A stretch of 63,609 nt of DNA, filler included, from Chthonomonadaceae bacterium (GCA_035650735.1; 5 parts of 5 records of this genome joined end to end with filler, not necessarily neighbours in it); one strand, 5' to 3'; shown: positions 49,094-59,741, counted from the first letter of the whole stretch. Numbers and translations are program-made. The notes: a model not told the origin generated them from the sequence alone.

Positions 49094-50245
49094 ATGGCCC
49101 TGAGCACAGAAAAGTGGCGCGAAGACCTGCGCTTTTTTGTCAGGGAACTGACCCACAGACACAGGAACCCCTATCATCTGGTGTCGAAGGAAGCGTTTGA
49201 AAAGGCGGTCGCCGCGCTGGAGGCGCGCATTCCCGCACTTCAGGAGTATGAGGTGGTCGTCGGGATGCAGAGCCTCGCCGCCATGATCGGAGACGGTCAC
49301 ACTTTTCTTGGCACCGGGAATCTATATCGCTTCTTTCCGTTTGAGGCGTTCTGGTTCGGCAACGAGCTGCGCGTCGTGCGTACTATCCCGGCTTACCGGC
49401 AGGCGCTTGGCGCTCGGATCGTCCAAATCGGAGACTGTAGCACCAACGACGTTCAGAAGCGGCTACAGGCCCTCATTCCGCAGGGAGAGAACGAGTGGTA
49501 CGTTCTGAACCAGAGCGCCTATCATATCGTGCGCGTGGAACCGCTCGCGGCCCTGGGCGTTCTGCCCGACGTAAGCAGCGCCCCTTTCACGTTCGAGGAC
49601 GACACCGGCAAGCGGTTTGTGCTTGAGGTCGCGCCTGTCCTGCCCAACACTTCCTTAGATTGGGTGGATGCGATTACGCAAAAGCCGCTCTACTTACAGA
49701 AGCGGGAGGAGGCGTTCTGGTTCACCTATCTGCCCGACGCGCAGACCGCTTATGTCCAGTTCCGACGCTACACGGACCTGGACAAGAACGCTGAGAGACT
49801 GTTCGCGTTCGTGGAGAGCCATGCGCCGAAGCGTCTGGTTATAGATATGCGCCAGAATGGAGGCGGTAACTATACTCAGGCGCGGGAGCATTTGATCTAC
49901 AAGCTACAGATGCTCCCCTCTATCAACCGTCAGGGGCGTCTGTTCGTCGTCATCGGACGGGGGACCTTCTCCGCCGCCATGACCAACGCGACGGATTTCC
50001 GCCGAGAGACTGAAGCCATTCTGGTCGGAGAGCCAACGGGAGCGCGCCCGAACGGCTATCAGGAACTCTCTCCTTTCACCCTGCCAAACTCGAAACTGAA
50101 AGCCTGTTGCTCGATTCTGCGCTACCGATTTCAAGATCAGGATACGCCAGCCGTCCTGCCGGATAAGCGGATAGACCCGGATTGGACAGCTTACAAGGCG
50201 GGCCGCGATCCCGTGATGGAATGGATACTGGCGCAGCCTAAATAG
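49094..50245 (+). CDS. S41-like peptidase
   Basis: DGHT, IDMRQNGGGN, TFSAA, VGEPTG. Confidence 0.8.
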   Translation: MALSTEKWREDLRFFVRELTHRHRNPYHLVSKEAFEKAVAALEARIPALQEYEVVVGMQSLAAMIGDGHTFLGTGNLYRFFPFEAFWFGNELRVVRTIPAYRQALGARIVQIGDCSTNDVQKRLQALIPQGENEWYVLNQSAYHIVRVEPLAALGVLPDVSSAPFTFEDDTGKRFVLEVAPVLPNTSLDWVDAITQKPLYLQKREEAFWFTYLPDAQTAYVQFRRYTDLDKNAERLFAFVESHAPKRLVIDMRQNGGGNYTQAREHLIYKLQMLPSINRQGRLFVVIGRGTFSAAMTNATDFRRETEAILVGEPTGARPNGYQELSPFTLPNSKLKACCSILRYRFQDQDTPAVLPDKRIDPDWTAYKAGRDPVMEWILAQPK

Positions 50246-50348
50246 GCGCTCCTCCGTTCTTGCGCTCTCTGCCGCTGCTTTCGAGATAGGGAGGCTGCAA
50301 AGACTTTGGAGGAGCTACTTGTAAGCTTTTGAAACCTCAGGGACACCG

Positions 50349-51902
50349 ATGACCGACTACCTGCTGACCTTCATTATCCTCTCTCCCCTGATCGCGGCGG
50401 CGGTTCTGCTCCTACTGCCGGAATCGCGCGGGCTGCTGATCCGTCTGGTTGCGCTGGCGGGGGCGGGCCTGACGCTGCCGGCCTCCGTATGGCTCTGCCT
50501 GGCCTACGACCGAACGCGGGGCGGGTTTCAATTCACCCACGATGTCCCCTGGGTGCCGAGCCTGGGCATCCGCTATCATGTCGCCGCCGACGGCATCAGC
50601 CTGACGCTGATCCTGCTCACGGCCATTATCATCACGGGCGGCGTCTTCGCCTCCTGGACCCGGCCCGACCGGACGAAGGAGTTCCTGGCGCTGCTCCTGC
50701 TGCTCGTCAGCGGCGTCTTTGGCGTCTTCGCCGCGCGCGACCTGTTCTTCCTGTTCCTCTTCTACGAGATCGCCGTCCTGCCGATGTACCTCTTGATCGG
50801 CGTCTGGGGAACCAGCACGAAGGAGCGGACGAAAGAGTACTCGGCCATGAAACTGACGCTGATGCTGCTGGGCGGCAGCGCCTTCATCCTGGTCGCCATT
50901 CTCGCGCTCTACTTCCAGCACGCGCCCTACTCTTTCGATATGGACGATCTGGCAAAGGGAACCTATGGCGCGGCGTTCCAGCGGTGGGTGTTTCTCGCCC
51001 TCTATGTCGGCTTCGGCATCCTGGCGGGCATCTGGCCGCTGCATACCTGGTCGCCGGACGGCCACGCCTCCGCGCCGACGGCGGTCTCCATGCTGCACGC
51101 GGGGGTGCTGATGAAGCTGGGCGCGTACGGCGTGCTGCGCGTGGGCATAGGGCTGCTGCCGCAGGGCGCAGAGATGTGGTCGTTCCTGATGGCCTTCATC
51201 GCCGCGATCAACATCCTCTACGGCGCGTTCTCGGCGATGGGACAGACCGACTTCAAGTACATCATCGCCTATTCCAGTGTGTCGCACATGGGCGTGGTGA
51301 TGCTGGGCCTGGCCTCGCTGAACCCCATCGGCATGAACGGCGCCGTATTGCAGATGTTCTCACACGGCATCATGACCGGCCTGTTCTTTGCGGTGGTCGG
51401 CCTGGTCTATGAGAAGTCGCATACCCGCCTTCTCGCGGCGATGGGCGGCTTTGCGCGGCGAATGCCCGGTATTGCCGTCTGCATGACGATTGGCGGCCTG
51501 GCCTCCTTCGGCCTGCCCGCAACAAGCGGCTTCATTGCCGAGTTCCTCTGCTTCTACGGGATGTGGCTGAAGTATCCGGTTCTGGCGCTGGTCTCGGTCG
51601 TCGGGATCGTGCTGACGGCTATCTATGTGCTGCGAATGCTTCAGCAGATATTTCTTGGCCCGTTCCGAGAGGACGCCTATCCGCACCTTTCGGATGCCCG
51701 CACGACGGAGTGGGTCGCCATTACGGGGCTGGCGGCGCTGCTGCTCGTTGTGGGCCTCTATCCCCGTCCACTCGTAGACCTGATTCAGATCGGACTGCGC
51801 ACCCTGCCCGGCCCACAACTGGCGCCCGCCCTCGAATTCCGGCATATCACTCCACCGCAGGCCACCGTGCTGCCGCCGCGCTTCCGAGGGCTAAGGCCAT
51901 GA
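50349..51902 (+). CDS. nuoM: NADH-quinone oxidoreductase subunit M
   Basis: DGIS, FYE, PLHTWSPDGH, LMKLGAYG, AYSSVSHMG. Confidence 0.94.
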   Translation: MTDYLLTFIILSPLIAAAVLLLLPESRGLLIRLVALAGAGLTLPASVWLCLAYDRTRGGFQFTHDVPWVPSLGIRYHVAADGISLTLILLTAIIITGGVFASWTRPDRTKEFLALLLLLVSGVFGVFAARDLFFLFLFYEIAVLPMYLLIGVWGTSTKERTKEYSAMKLTLMLLGGSAFILVAILALYFQHAPYSFDMDDLAKGTYGAAFQRWVFLALYVGFGILAGIWPLHTWSPDGHASAPTAVSMLHAGVLMKLGAYGVLRVGIGLLPQGAEMWSFLMAFIAAINILYGAFSAMGQTDFKYIIAYSSVSHMGVVMLGLASLNPIGMNGAVLQMFSHGIMTGLFFAVVGLVYEKSHTRLLAAMGGFARRMPGIAVCMTIGGLASFGLPATSGFIAEFLCFYGMWLKYPVLALVSVVGIVLTAIYVLRMLQQIFLGPFREDAYPHLSDARTTEWVAITGLAALLLVVGLYPRPLVDLIQIGLRTLPGPQLAPALEFRHITPPQATVLPPRFRGLRP

Positions 51903-53374
51903 TTCCCACGTACCAACCGCTCCTTCCTTACGCAATTCTCACGGCGCTTGCGGTCGTGGTTGTGCTGCTGGACACGCTGCCCGCCGTCCGGCGCTCTGCC
52001 TGGCTGGGCTGGCTGACGGCGCTCGGCGCGCTGGCGGCGCTGGCGCTGGATGCTCTGGGGCCGGAGAGCGCGCCCTGGCAGGGAATGCTCCGGTTCGACG
52101 GCTACGCCCGCGCCTTTAACGCCGTCTTTCTGCTCACGCTGGCGGTCGTAGCGGTCGGTTCAACGGCTGAGGAGCGGAAAATGGGGTTCGCCGGGGAGTA
52201 CTACGCGCTGCTGATCCTGAGCGCGCTCGGCCTGATGCTGATGGGATCGGCGGGTGGGCTGCTGGCGCTGTATCTGGGGCTGGAGCTTTCCACGATCTGC
52301 CTGTTCACGCTGGTCGGGTTCGCCAAGCGGGAGCCGCGCTCGGCGGAAGCCGCGCTGAAGCTGCTGGTCATCGGCGCGGTCGCCTCTGCCGTCGTGCTCT
52401 ACGGCATCAGCATTCTCTACGGCGTGCTGGGCAGCACGCAGTTCGACCAGATGGCGGCGGCGCTGGCGACCCAATCGGGCGGTACGACGCCGGCGCTCTG
52501 GCTGGGACTGGCCTTCGTAATCGGCGGGCTGGCCTTCAAGATCGCCGCCGCGCCGTTCCACCTCTGGGCGCCGGACGTGTATGAGGGCGCACCGGCGACG
52601 GTGGCCGCCTACCTCTCGACGGCCTCCAAAGCGGGCGGCTTCGCGGCGCTGCTGCGCTTCCTGCTGCTGGGCCTGGGCGGCGTCAGCGGCTCGTGGCAGC
52701 TGCTGGTCGTCGCGCTGGCCGTGCTTTCGATGGTGATCGGCAACCTGGTGGCGCTGGTGCAGAGCAATCTCAAGCGGCTGCTGGCCTATTCGGGGATCGC
52801 TCAGGCGGGCTATGTCCTGGTGGCCGTCGCGGGGGCACCGGGAACCGGGCAGGGAATGAGCGTCGGGGCGGCGCTGATGTACCTGTTCCTCTATGCGTTT
52901 ACCAATGTCGGCGGCTTTCTGCTGGCGCAGGCGATCGCCGATGCGACCGGCTCCGACGAGATCGCGGCCCTGCGTGGACTGCACCGCCGTTCGCCGTCGC
53001 TGGCCTTCGCCGCGCTGGTCGTGCTTTTCTCGCTCGGCGGCATCCCGCCGCTGGCAGGATTCGTCGGCAAAGTCTACCTGTTTGCGGCGGGCTGGCAGGG
53101 CGGTCAGCAGGCGCTGGTGCTGCTCGGCGCGCTGACCAGCGTGATCGCGCTCTACTACTACCTGATGGTAGCGCGGCAGGTCTATATCTGCGACCCGGAG
53201 GACGACCGCCGCCTGCCGGTCGCACGCCCGCTTGGCCTGGCAATTGCCGTCTGCGTTGTCGGGACGCTGGGTATCGGCATCTATCCCCGGCCCTGGGTCG
53301 CGCTCGGTGAGCGGGCGGCGCTGGCTCTGCGCCCCGCGTCGTCCGGGCAGGCAGTGGCTCGTCTTCCCCACTAA
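51899..53374 (+). CDS. nuoN: NADH-quinone oxidoreductase subunit N
   Basis: GEYY, FKIAAAPFHLWAPDVYEGAP, KRLLAYS, GIPPLAGF; ATGA overlap with nuoM. Confidence 0.94.
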   Translation: MIPTYQPLLPYAILTALAVVVVLLDTLPAVRRSAWLGWLTALGALAALALDALGPESAPWQGMLRFDGYARAFNAVFLLTLAVVAVGSTAEERKMGFAGEYYALLILSALGLMLMGSAGGLLALYLGLELSTICLFTLVGFAKREPRSAEAALKLLVIGAVASAVVLYGISILYGVLGSTQFDQMAAALATQSGGTTPALWLGLAFVIGGLAFKIAAAPFHLWAPDVYEGAPATVAAYLSTASKAGGFAALLRFLLLGLGGVSGSWQLLVVALAVLSMVIGNLVALVQSNLKRLLAYSGIAQAGYVLVAVAGAPGTGQGMSVGAALMYLFLYAFTNVGGFLLAQAIADATGSDEIAALRGLHRRSPSLAFAALVVLFSLGGIPPLAGFVGKVYLFAAGWQGGQQALVLLGALTSVIALYYYLMVARQVYICDPEDDRRLPVARPLGLAIAVCVVGTLGIGIYPRPWVALGERAALALRPASSGQAVARLPH

Positions 53375-53518
53375 ATTGTATCCAGAGCTTGCTTTCTCAT
53401 TGGTTAGAGAGGAAGGAATGGCGAAATAGCGCAATAATGGTCTATTGGCATGTAGGGCCTCTTTCCTTCATTATACTGTAGCCGCCTGCTACTGTACCGC
53501 ATCCTCTGGAGGGCGAAA

Positions 53519-53734
53519 ATGATACGTACTTATGAAGCCCTCTATGAAAATGGGGTGATTCGACTTGCGGATGACGTTCGGCTGCCGGAGCATACCAAGG
53601 TTTATGTAGTGGTACCGGAAGCGGTCGAGGAATCAGATTACCGTATCAATAGCCCGCGTCTCGTTCATCCCCACCAGGCCGCCGACTTTGTGAAAGAGGT
53701 TGTCGAAGAGGACTCCGATGTCTCGCCACGATGA
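53519..53734 (+). CDS. DUF104/AF2212-like putative antitoxin
   Basis: EALYENGVIRL..LPEHTKV. Confidence 0.7.
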   Translation: MIRTYEALYENGVIRLADDVRLPEHTKVYVVVPEAVEESDYRINSPRLVHPHQAADFVKEVVEEDSDVSPR

Positions 53735-54095
53735 TAGCCACTTCTCACCGGCCGCTCCGATCGCCAAAGTCACGCTTCGTTCCCCTAAAAGCAACGCCTC
53801 CTTGACCGACGTGCCCATATTGATCGACTCTGGCGCGGATGTTACCCTGCTACCCCAGGCTTCGGTTGACTTCCTAGGTATTGAAGCCAGCGCGGACGAA
53901 GCCTATCAATTGGCAGGATTTGACGGCAGTATCAGCATCTCCCAAGCCGTGCATGTGGATTTGATATTCGGGCGCCAAACGTTCAAAGGACGGTTCTTGC
54001 TGATCGAACAAGCGTGGGGTATTCTGGGCCGAGACGTACTAAATCACCTTTGTCTGCTCCTAGACGGGCCGCAACAGGTGTGGGAGGAGCGTTAG
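53718..54095 (+). CDS. Retropepsin-like aspartic protease
   Basis: LIDSGADVT and ILGRDVL. Confidence 0.82.
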   Translation: MSRHDDSHFSPAAPIAKVTLRSPKSNASLTDVPILIDSGADVTLLPQASVDFLGIEASADEAYQLAGFDGSISISQAVHVDLIFGRQTFKGRFLLIEQAWGILGRDVLNHLCLLLDGPQQVWEER

Positions 54096-54176
54096 AGCAT
54101 AATCAGGCGTCGTCCGGGCAGTCGGTGGCGCACCTTCAGCACGCATCTAAAACAAGTTAGCAAAGGTCTAGTACTG

Positions 54177-55400
54177 ATGTTACCAAAAACAGTTCGCGTT
54201 CCCTTATCGAGTTTTTGGGCTGGGTTTACTCCAAACATATTAATAACGCTTCTTGTTGCAAGTTGCCTGATCAATCCTAGTGCTGAAGCTAGCCCTGTCC
54301 ATCGTTCTACCTCCGCATACTTGAAGCTGATAGGAATGCCATCATGGGCGTTCGGGGATAAATCTCTCCTCGTATTGGCGGCCAATTTGGAAGCACGCAA
54401 AGAATATGCTCTCGTCTTACAGCGGAGCCGTACGGGCTTTGTGATTCAACATCGAGTTGCCGAACCGTTCGGAACGCGATCTGCCCAATGGGTCGGACAA
54501 ACGAACAGGGCAGTACTCGAAGTAAGGGTAGGCAGAGGAAAACCCAACCAGTTATTACTTCTCTATCTTAAGACTGCACGACGAACTCCTTTAGGAACCG
54601 GATTTGAGCCTATAATCAAGTCCTGATGGAACACGGATGATCTTGGCAGACGCAAATATGCAACTTTGGGTTCTCGATTTGGAACATCTCAAGCAGAAAC
54701 CCATAAAGAATGTGGGACCGGCCCGACGCGGGGCTTGGTCAGCGGACGGGCGCGCTTATGCCTTTATGCGTATGGGTGGACGGTCCTACCAGCTCGTTGT
54801 AGTTATACTTGGCAGTAACAATTTGCAGCCGAGCGTTCTTGTTCCTAGTTTTGTTGGGACCTGTGCGAGTTTCGGCAACGGATGGATGAATAACCGTGTT
54901 CTCTTTGGCAGGTATGGAAACTTGGCTCCTCAAGGGCAAAACTCTTTTGCCATCTATTCAGTAGCCGCCATGGGTGGCCCTGTCAGATTGGAAGTTCCAC
55001 CCGGAGTCGCGCCTCCGCCAGTCGGCGAGGCAATGTGGCTTAATCAAGGGGAGGTGGGATATCCTACGGTACAGAACGGTAGCCAATACGCCATCGTGGA
55101 CGTTCATTCAAAGAAGCCACGAACCATTACCATAAAGGCGGCTCAAAAATTTTAACCTATTCGTTTTCCCAGAATGCCAGGTGGTTAGCCGTAGCAGACG
55201 CGCAACAAGGTAATCTATTGATTTGTGATTGCAGGTAGACACTCCCAGCCGTGTGGATCAATCTCACGCAGCCTGCTGCTGAGGAGATACGTCCACACCG
55301 TTGGGAGCGATTACCTGATTGCAAAACGGGGCATATAACAAAGCTACGCATTCCCGCATAGGAAGGAGGACTTACACAGCGGATACGCGGGTGAACTTTG
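54177..55400 (+). pseudogene. Degenerate TolB/WD40-like beta-propeller gene in a lower-GC segment
   Basis: SPDGTR, WSADGR and SQNARWLA motifs lie in different frames with stops between. Confidence 0.5.
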
Positions 55401-55498
55401 GGAAGCGAATTACGTCTAGGAGAGTGAGAAACGTTTCTGCTGCGCCGAGGTTAAGAAGCGCGAAGCCTAGATGCAATTGGGAGCTACCGGAGCCAGAT

Positions 55499-55793
55499 AT
55501 GTTGTTTGCAGGGACCGCAACGATGCACGCCGATAAGGCGCTGGTTCGCCGCGCCCAGGCCAACGACCGGGCGGCGTTCAACGAGATCGTGCTGCGCTAT
55601 AAGCAGAAGGTATATAACTACATCTACCGCATGGTCCATAGCGCTCCGGAGGCCGAAGACCTGACCCAGGAGACGTTCGTGCGCGCCTATACCAGCATTC
55701 ATTCATTCGAAAGCCGCGCCAGCCTGAATACCTGGCTGTTTCGCATCGCCACGAACCTCTGTATAGATTACAGTCGGAAACAGAAGAAGGTTA
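55499..55793 (+). CDS. ECF sigma factor (3' partial)
   Basis: AEDLTQETFVRAY, TWLFRIATNLCID. Confidence 0.88.
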
Positions 55794-55893
55794 NNNNNNN
55801 NNNNNNNNNNNNNNNNNNNNNNNNNNNNNNNNNNNNNTTAATTAATTAANNNNNNNNNNNNNNNNNNNNNNNNNNNNNNNNNNNNNNNNNNNN
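55794..55893. other. Artificial contig linker
   Basis: N44-TTAATTAATTAA-N44. Confidence 0.98.
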
Positions 55894-56057
55894 GCGATGC
55901 GGTGATAGTCCCATTCGGGATCGCTGCGATCCACTTGCTCAGGGCCAGCGGGGAGAGCATTCGGCGGCAACACGACGCCCTGCTCGGCAAGCTGGCATAA
56001 CCGGAGTTGCCATAGGGAGCGCCAATGTTTCCACTGGAAAGGTTCAATGCATAACAT
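55894..56057 (-). CDS. Hypothetical protein N-terminus, possibly GNAT (cut by contig end)
   Basis: ATG after AAGGTGAG, co-oriented with the SDR gene. Confidence 0.45.
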
Positions 56058-56088
56058 TGCTCACCTTGCTTACCCTCGCGCCTTAAAT

Positions 56089-56814
56089 TTACATCGGATC
56101 GGCATCAAAGCGGCGCAGGATGATCTCGTCGGCGGTGATGTTGCGGGGCATGGTGAGCAGATAGAGAATGGCTTCGGCGACGTCTGCGGGTTGAATCCAG
56201 CCGGTCTTGTCACGGTGGGGGTGAATGTCGGCGGCAAGCTGCGTGTCCACCCCGCCGGGGCAGATCGTATGCACCCGAATACCGTAGGGCCGCAGTTCCA
56301 GGGCCAGCACCTTCGACAGGCCCACCAGACCAAACTTGGAGGCGCAATAGGCGCCTTGCAGCGGGTAGGGCTTTTTGCCGGAGGAGGAGGAGACGGTGAC
56401 AATGGAACCGGTTCGGCGGGGGATCATGCGTCGGGCGGCGGCGCGACAGCAGAAGAAGGCGCCGCGCAGGTTCACGTTCAGGGTGCGGTCGAATTGATCG
56501 GTGGTCATCTCGGCCAGGTGCGCAAAGGCCGCCGTCCCGGCGTTGGCGATCAGGATGTCCACCTCGCCGAACTCCGCATCCGCCCGGGCGAACAGCCGTT
56601 CGACTTCCGTCTCGTCCGCCACATCGGTCGGCACGATCAGGCACGGCTGGCCGAGCGCGCGCACCTGCGCCGCCGTCTCCGCCAGTTCCCGCTCCGAGCG
56701 CGCCGCCGCCACGACCTTCACGCCGGCCTGCGCCAGCCGCAGCGCCGTCGCCCGCCCGATACCGCGTCCCGCGCCCGTGATGACGGCGACCTGACCGGCG
56801 ATGTCAATGCTCAC
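56089..56814 (-). CDS. SDR family oxidoreductase
   Basis: TGAGRGIG, ANAG, YCASK, ICPG. Confidence 0.93.
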   Translation of the reverse strand: MSIDIAGQVAVITGAGRGIGRATALRLAQAGVKVVAAARSERELAETAAQVRALGQPCLIVPTDVADETEVERLFARADAEFGEVDILIANAGTAAFAHLAEMTTDQFDRTLNVNLRGAFFCCRAAARRMIPRRTGSIVTVSSSSGKKPYPLQGAYCASKFGLVGLSKVLALELRPYGIRVHTICPGGVDTQLAADIHPHRDKTGWIQPADVAEAILYLLTMPRNITADEIILRRFDADPM

Positions 56815-56841
56815 GCCCGTCTCCCCGCCGGATGCGGCCTC

Positions 56842-57153
56842 TCAAAACTTATCCGTCTCCACCTGCAAGCGGATCTGGCGCAGGATGCGGGCGGCGCGCT
56901 CGCAGTTAGTCTGGCTGCCGGTATAGGCGATAGCGCGGCCCCGCGTGTGCGCTTCCAGCATGATGTGAATGCAGCGGTCTATGTCGTAGCCGGTCGCTTT
57001 TTGCAACTGGACGACAACCTCATCCATGCTGTGATAGTCGTCGTTATAGAGGATGACCACGTAAGGGCCGTCGTCGCCAAGATCGGCCTCTTCCTCCTGG
57101 CGCGGCAGCGTACGCTCCTCGGTTTGTGGTTGCGCGACTTCTGCTCCGGGCAT
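56842..57153 (-). CDS. clpS: Clp protease adaptor ClpS
   Basis: YVVILYNDDYHSMDEVV, MLEAHTRGRA; AGGAGG RBS. Confidence 0.85.
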   Translation of the reverse strand: MPGAEVAQPQTEERTLPRQEEEADLGDDGPYVVILYNDDYHSMDEVVVQLQKATGYDIDRCIHIMLEAHTRGRAIAYTGSQTNCERAARILRQIRLQVETDKF

Positions 57154-57417
57154 GGCTTTGTTCCTCCTTTTCCGCAGTGCCGGGCGTAGCATCCAGCCGG
57201 GCAAGGAATGACCCGCCGTTATAATAGGCGCAAGCTTCGCGTGCAACATCAGGCGAGTTGAATTGTCCTAACTGTTGCGTAGCGTCACAGCAACGTCAAC
57301 GGCCCGAAATTGAGGCAGTTCCCTCCGCCGTGCGGCTCTCTCTCCACAGGCGATTGCCGATGAGAGGCGCCATCCCGGTTGGGAGGGATCACGGAGATTG
57401 GAGTAGGGAGGAGAAAC

Positions 57418-58473
57418 ATGGCAGACAACAACGCGCTCCCGCAGGAAACGTGCCCGGAATGCGAGGGTCTGAGCCGCCGCGAATTCCTGCAAACGGTCGG
57501 CAAGGCGGTTGGCGGCGTAGCGCTGGCGGGAGCGGCGGCCTGGACGCTTCCGGCGGCGGCTCAGAGCGTTGCCAGGCCGCATGCCGCGCCCGTCGGCAAG
57601 CCGGCTAAAGCCGAAACCCTGGTCAAGACGCTCTATGACAGCCTGACGCCCAGGCAGCGCGAGATCGTCTGCATGCCCTGGACGCATCCCAAGCGCAGCA
57701 TGGTGCAGGCCAACTGGGCCATCGTCGAGCCTACCCTCGGCGACCTGTTCAACCGTGATCAGCAGGAGATGATCCGGGGCATCCTGCGCGGGATCACTAC
57801 CGACGCGTGGTATCCCAAAATCCTCAAGCAGATGCAGAACGATTCGGGCGGCCTGGAGACCTATCACGTCGCTCTCTTCGGCGATCCCGACGGCGGCAAG
57901 TTCGAGTGGGTTCTTACCGGGCGGCACGTCACCCTCCGCGCCGACGGCCACTCCAACGCCAACGCCGCCTTTGGCGGCCCCATCTTCTACGGCCACGCGC
58001 CCAAATTCAACGAAGACCCCGACCATCCCGGCAACATCTACTGGCATCAGGCGCAGAAGGCCAACGCGGTCTTTGCCGCGCTCGACGGCAAGCAGCGCGC
58101 CATCGCTCTCCTCGACCAGCCGCCGAGCGAAGCCAAGATCCAGCTGCAAGGCGCACATGGCGAGTTTCCCGGCATCGCCATCGGAGAGCTCTCCCGCGAC
58201 CAGAAGCAACTCGTTCAGGGCGTGATGCGCGACCTGCTCGCGCCGTATCGCCCTTCCGACGCCGACGAGGTGATGCGCGACATCGCCGCCAACGGCGGCC
58301 TGGATCAGATCCATCTTTCCTTCTACAAGCAAGAGGATCTGGGCAACGACGGCATCTGGGATATCTGGCGGCTGGAAGGCCCGGCGCTCGTATGGCACTT
58401 CCGGGGCGCTCCGCATATCCACACCTGGGTCAACGTCGTCAAGAATTCCGCCGTTGCCGACGCGCACACTTAA
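57418..58473 (+). CDS. Tat-exported protein, DUF3500-like
   Basis: SRREFL Tat motif, LFGDP, GRHVT, FRGAPHIHTW. Confidence 0.7.
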   Translation: MADNNALPQETCPECEGLSRREFLQTVGKAVGGVALAGAAAWTLPAAAQSVARPHAAPVGKPAKAETLVKTLYDSLTPRQREIVCMPWTHPKRSMVQANWAIVEPTLGDLFNRDQQEMIRGILRGITTDAWYPKILKQMQNDSGGLETYHVALFGDPDGGKFEWVLTGRHVTLRADGHSNANAAFGGPIFYGHAPKFNEDPDHPGNIYWHQAQKANAVFAALDGKQRAIALLDQPPSEAKIQLQGAHGEFPGIAIGELSRDQKQLVQGVMRDLLAPYRPSDADEVMRDIAANGGLDQIHLSFYKQEDLGNDGIWDIWRLEGPALVWHFRGAPHIHTWVNVVKNSAVADAHT

Positions 58474-58529
58474 TTAACCTGGTTATCGTGTGCTTGCGTT
58501 CTCTCTTATCTACCCTCATCGCCGGTGGA

Positions 58530-58997
58530 CCTAACCCCCCGGCCCCCTTCCCTACTCGCTCGTACCTCGCTAGGGAAGGGAGGGACCCAACCTGGGATGG
58601 TTGCGGCCCTCACTCGCACCAGACCTCACCCCCGGCCCCTCTCCTTCACAAGGAGAGGGGAGCGGAGAAGCCGGGTCACGCCCTTCCCTGTGAGCGAAGC
58701 GAACGCAGTAGGGAAGGGGGCCGGGGGGTTAGGTGAAACACGAGGGAGGGGAGAGCAGAAGTCAGGGCTTGCCTCTGCCCGCGTAGGCAGGCAGCGGGCC
58801 GTTAGGCCCCACAGCGACAGGGTTCAGCCTGCCGGGAGAGCAGAAGCCAAGTCTCCCCTCTCCCGCAGCGTGGGAGAGGGGAAGGGGTGAGGGCCATTAG
58901 GGCCGGGGGGTTAGGTCAACCAACACCGCCGATGAACGCGGAGACAGGCCGATCATTTTGGAGTTTATCGGCGCCTCTCCGCGCGCATCGGCGGTTG
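58530..58997. repeat. Cluster of palindromic intergenic repeats
   Basis: Several CCCTCTCC/GGAGAGGG-type hairpins, modular repeat pieces and a 9-mer palindrome (58921-58997); the same hairpins occur near 81, 16004, 18126, 39208, 41205, 45330. Confidence 0.8.
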
Positions 58998-59030
58998 CTT
59001 TACAATGCAGGCTAGGTTGAGGATAGCGCG

Positions 59031-59741
59031 CTAGCGCATCGTTCTTGGGATAGAGGGCGACGGTGGAGCTTTGAGCGGCGCAGAGGTGACAAAAGCGGTG
59101 ACCGCATTATTATAAGGTATAGCAGAGGTTGTGTAGGTGATGGGCAGCAATTTGAGCAGGGAACTGTGTTTGTGGTTATTAGTATACTGAGTGGGGGAGG
59201 GGGATGCGGCTGCCACACTCATGCGCCCGTGCGCGTAACCCAGGCGGTAGCTGGACCATAACAGGCTGAAAAACGCAATAATCCCTGCAAGCCCCGTCGA
59301 AAAACGCATCCAGCGCCCGCGCGAATGCACCCGTTTGGGCGCAAAAGTCGGCGTCTCGGCGGGCGTCGGAGGCAGCGCTGCCATAATATTATCTAGCGGG
59401 TTTTTGTGCTCCAACGACGACGGGAGTGGCGCACACTCCCGCCACTCCCGTTCCAATAACGAATCGACTCTTTGCAGGGCCTCCAGACCGGCGGCGCACT
59501 CTGGGCACTTTGCCAGATGCGCCTCGATCTTTTGCCGCTGATCCGGGTCCAACTCATTGTCTTGATAGGCGCTGAGATTGGCCTGGACCAGGCGGCAAGC
59601 GTCATCGCCGCCGCCGTTCCTGCCGACGGCGATATCGGTCGGGGGCACGACGGCAAAGGTGACGGAGGGGAGGCCGGGAAGGGAGGGGTTCCCGGCGTCC
59701 TCTGATGTGGCTGTATTGTCAAGGTTCGGGCGGTTTAGCAT
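59031..59741 (-). CDS. Zinc-finger anti-sigma factor
   Basis: LSAYQDNEL..HLAKCPEC (HxxxCxxC) and one TM helix; overlaps the sigma stop. Confidence 0.85.
   Translation of the reverse strand: MLNRPNLDNTATSEDAGNPSLPGLPSVTFAVVPPTDIAVGRNGGGDDACRLVQANLSAYQDNELDPDQRQKIEAHLAKCPECAAGLEALQRVDSLLEREWRECAPLPSSLEHKNPLDNIMAALPPTPAETPTFAPKRVHSRGRWMRFSTGLAGIIAFFSLLWSSYRLGYAHGRMSVAAASPSPTQYTNNHKHSSLLKLLPITYTTSAIPYNNAVTAFVTSAPLKAPPSPSIPRTMR

Noticed and set aside
47320..50345. Degenerate direct repeat TTGAAAGCTGAAGGG / TTGAAACCTCAGGG flanking the nuo insertion
   Set aside because: Too short and mismatched to distinguish from chance.
52160..53434. Long antisense and alternate-frame ORFs (also 56047-57189, 57268-58467, 16110-17222)
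   Set aside because: Shadow ORFs of well-supported genes in GC-rich DNA.
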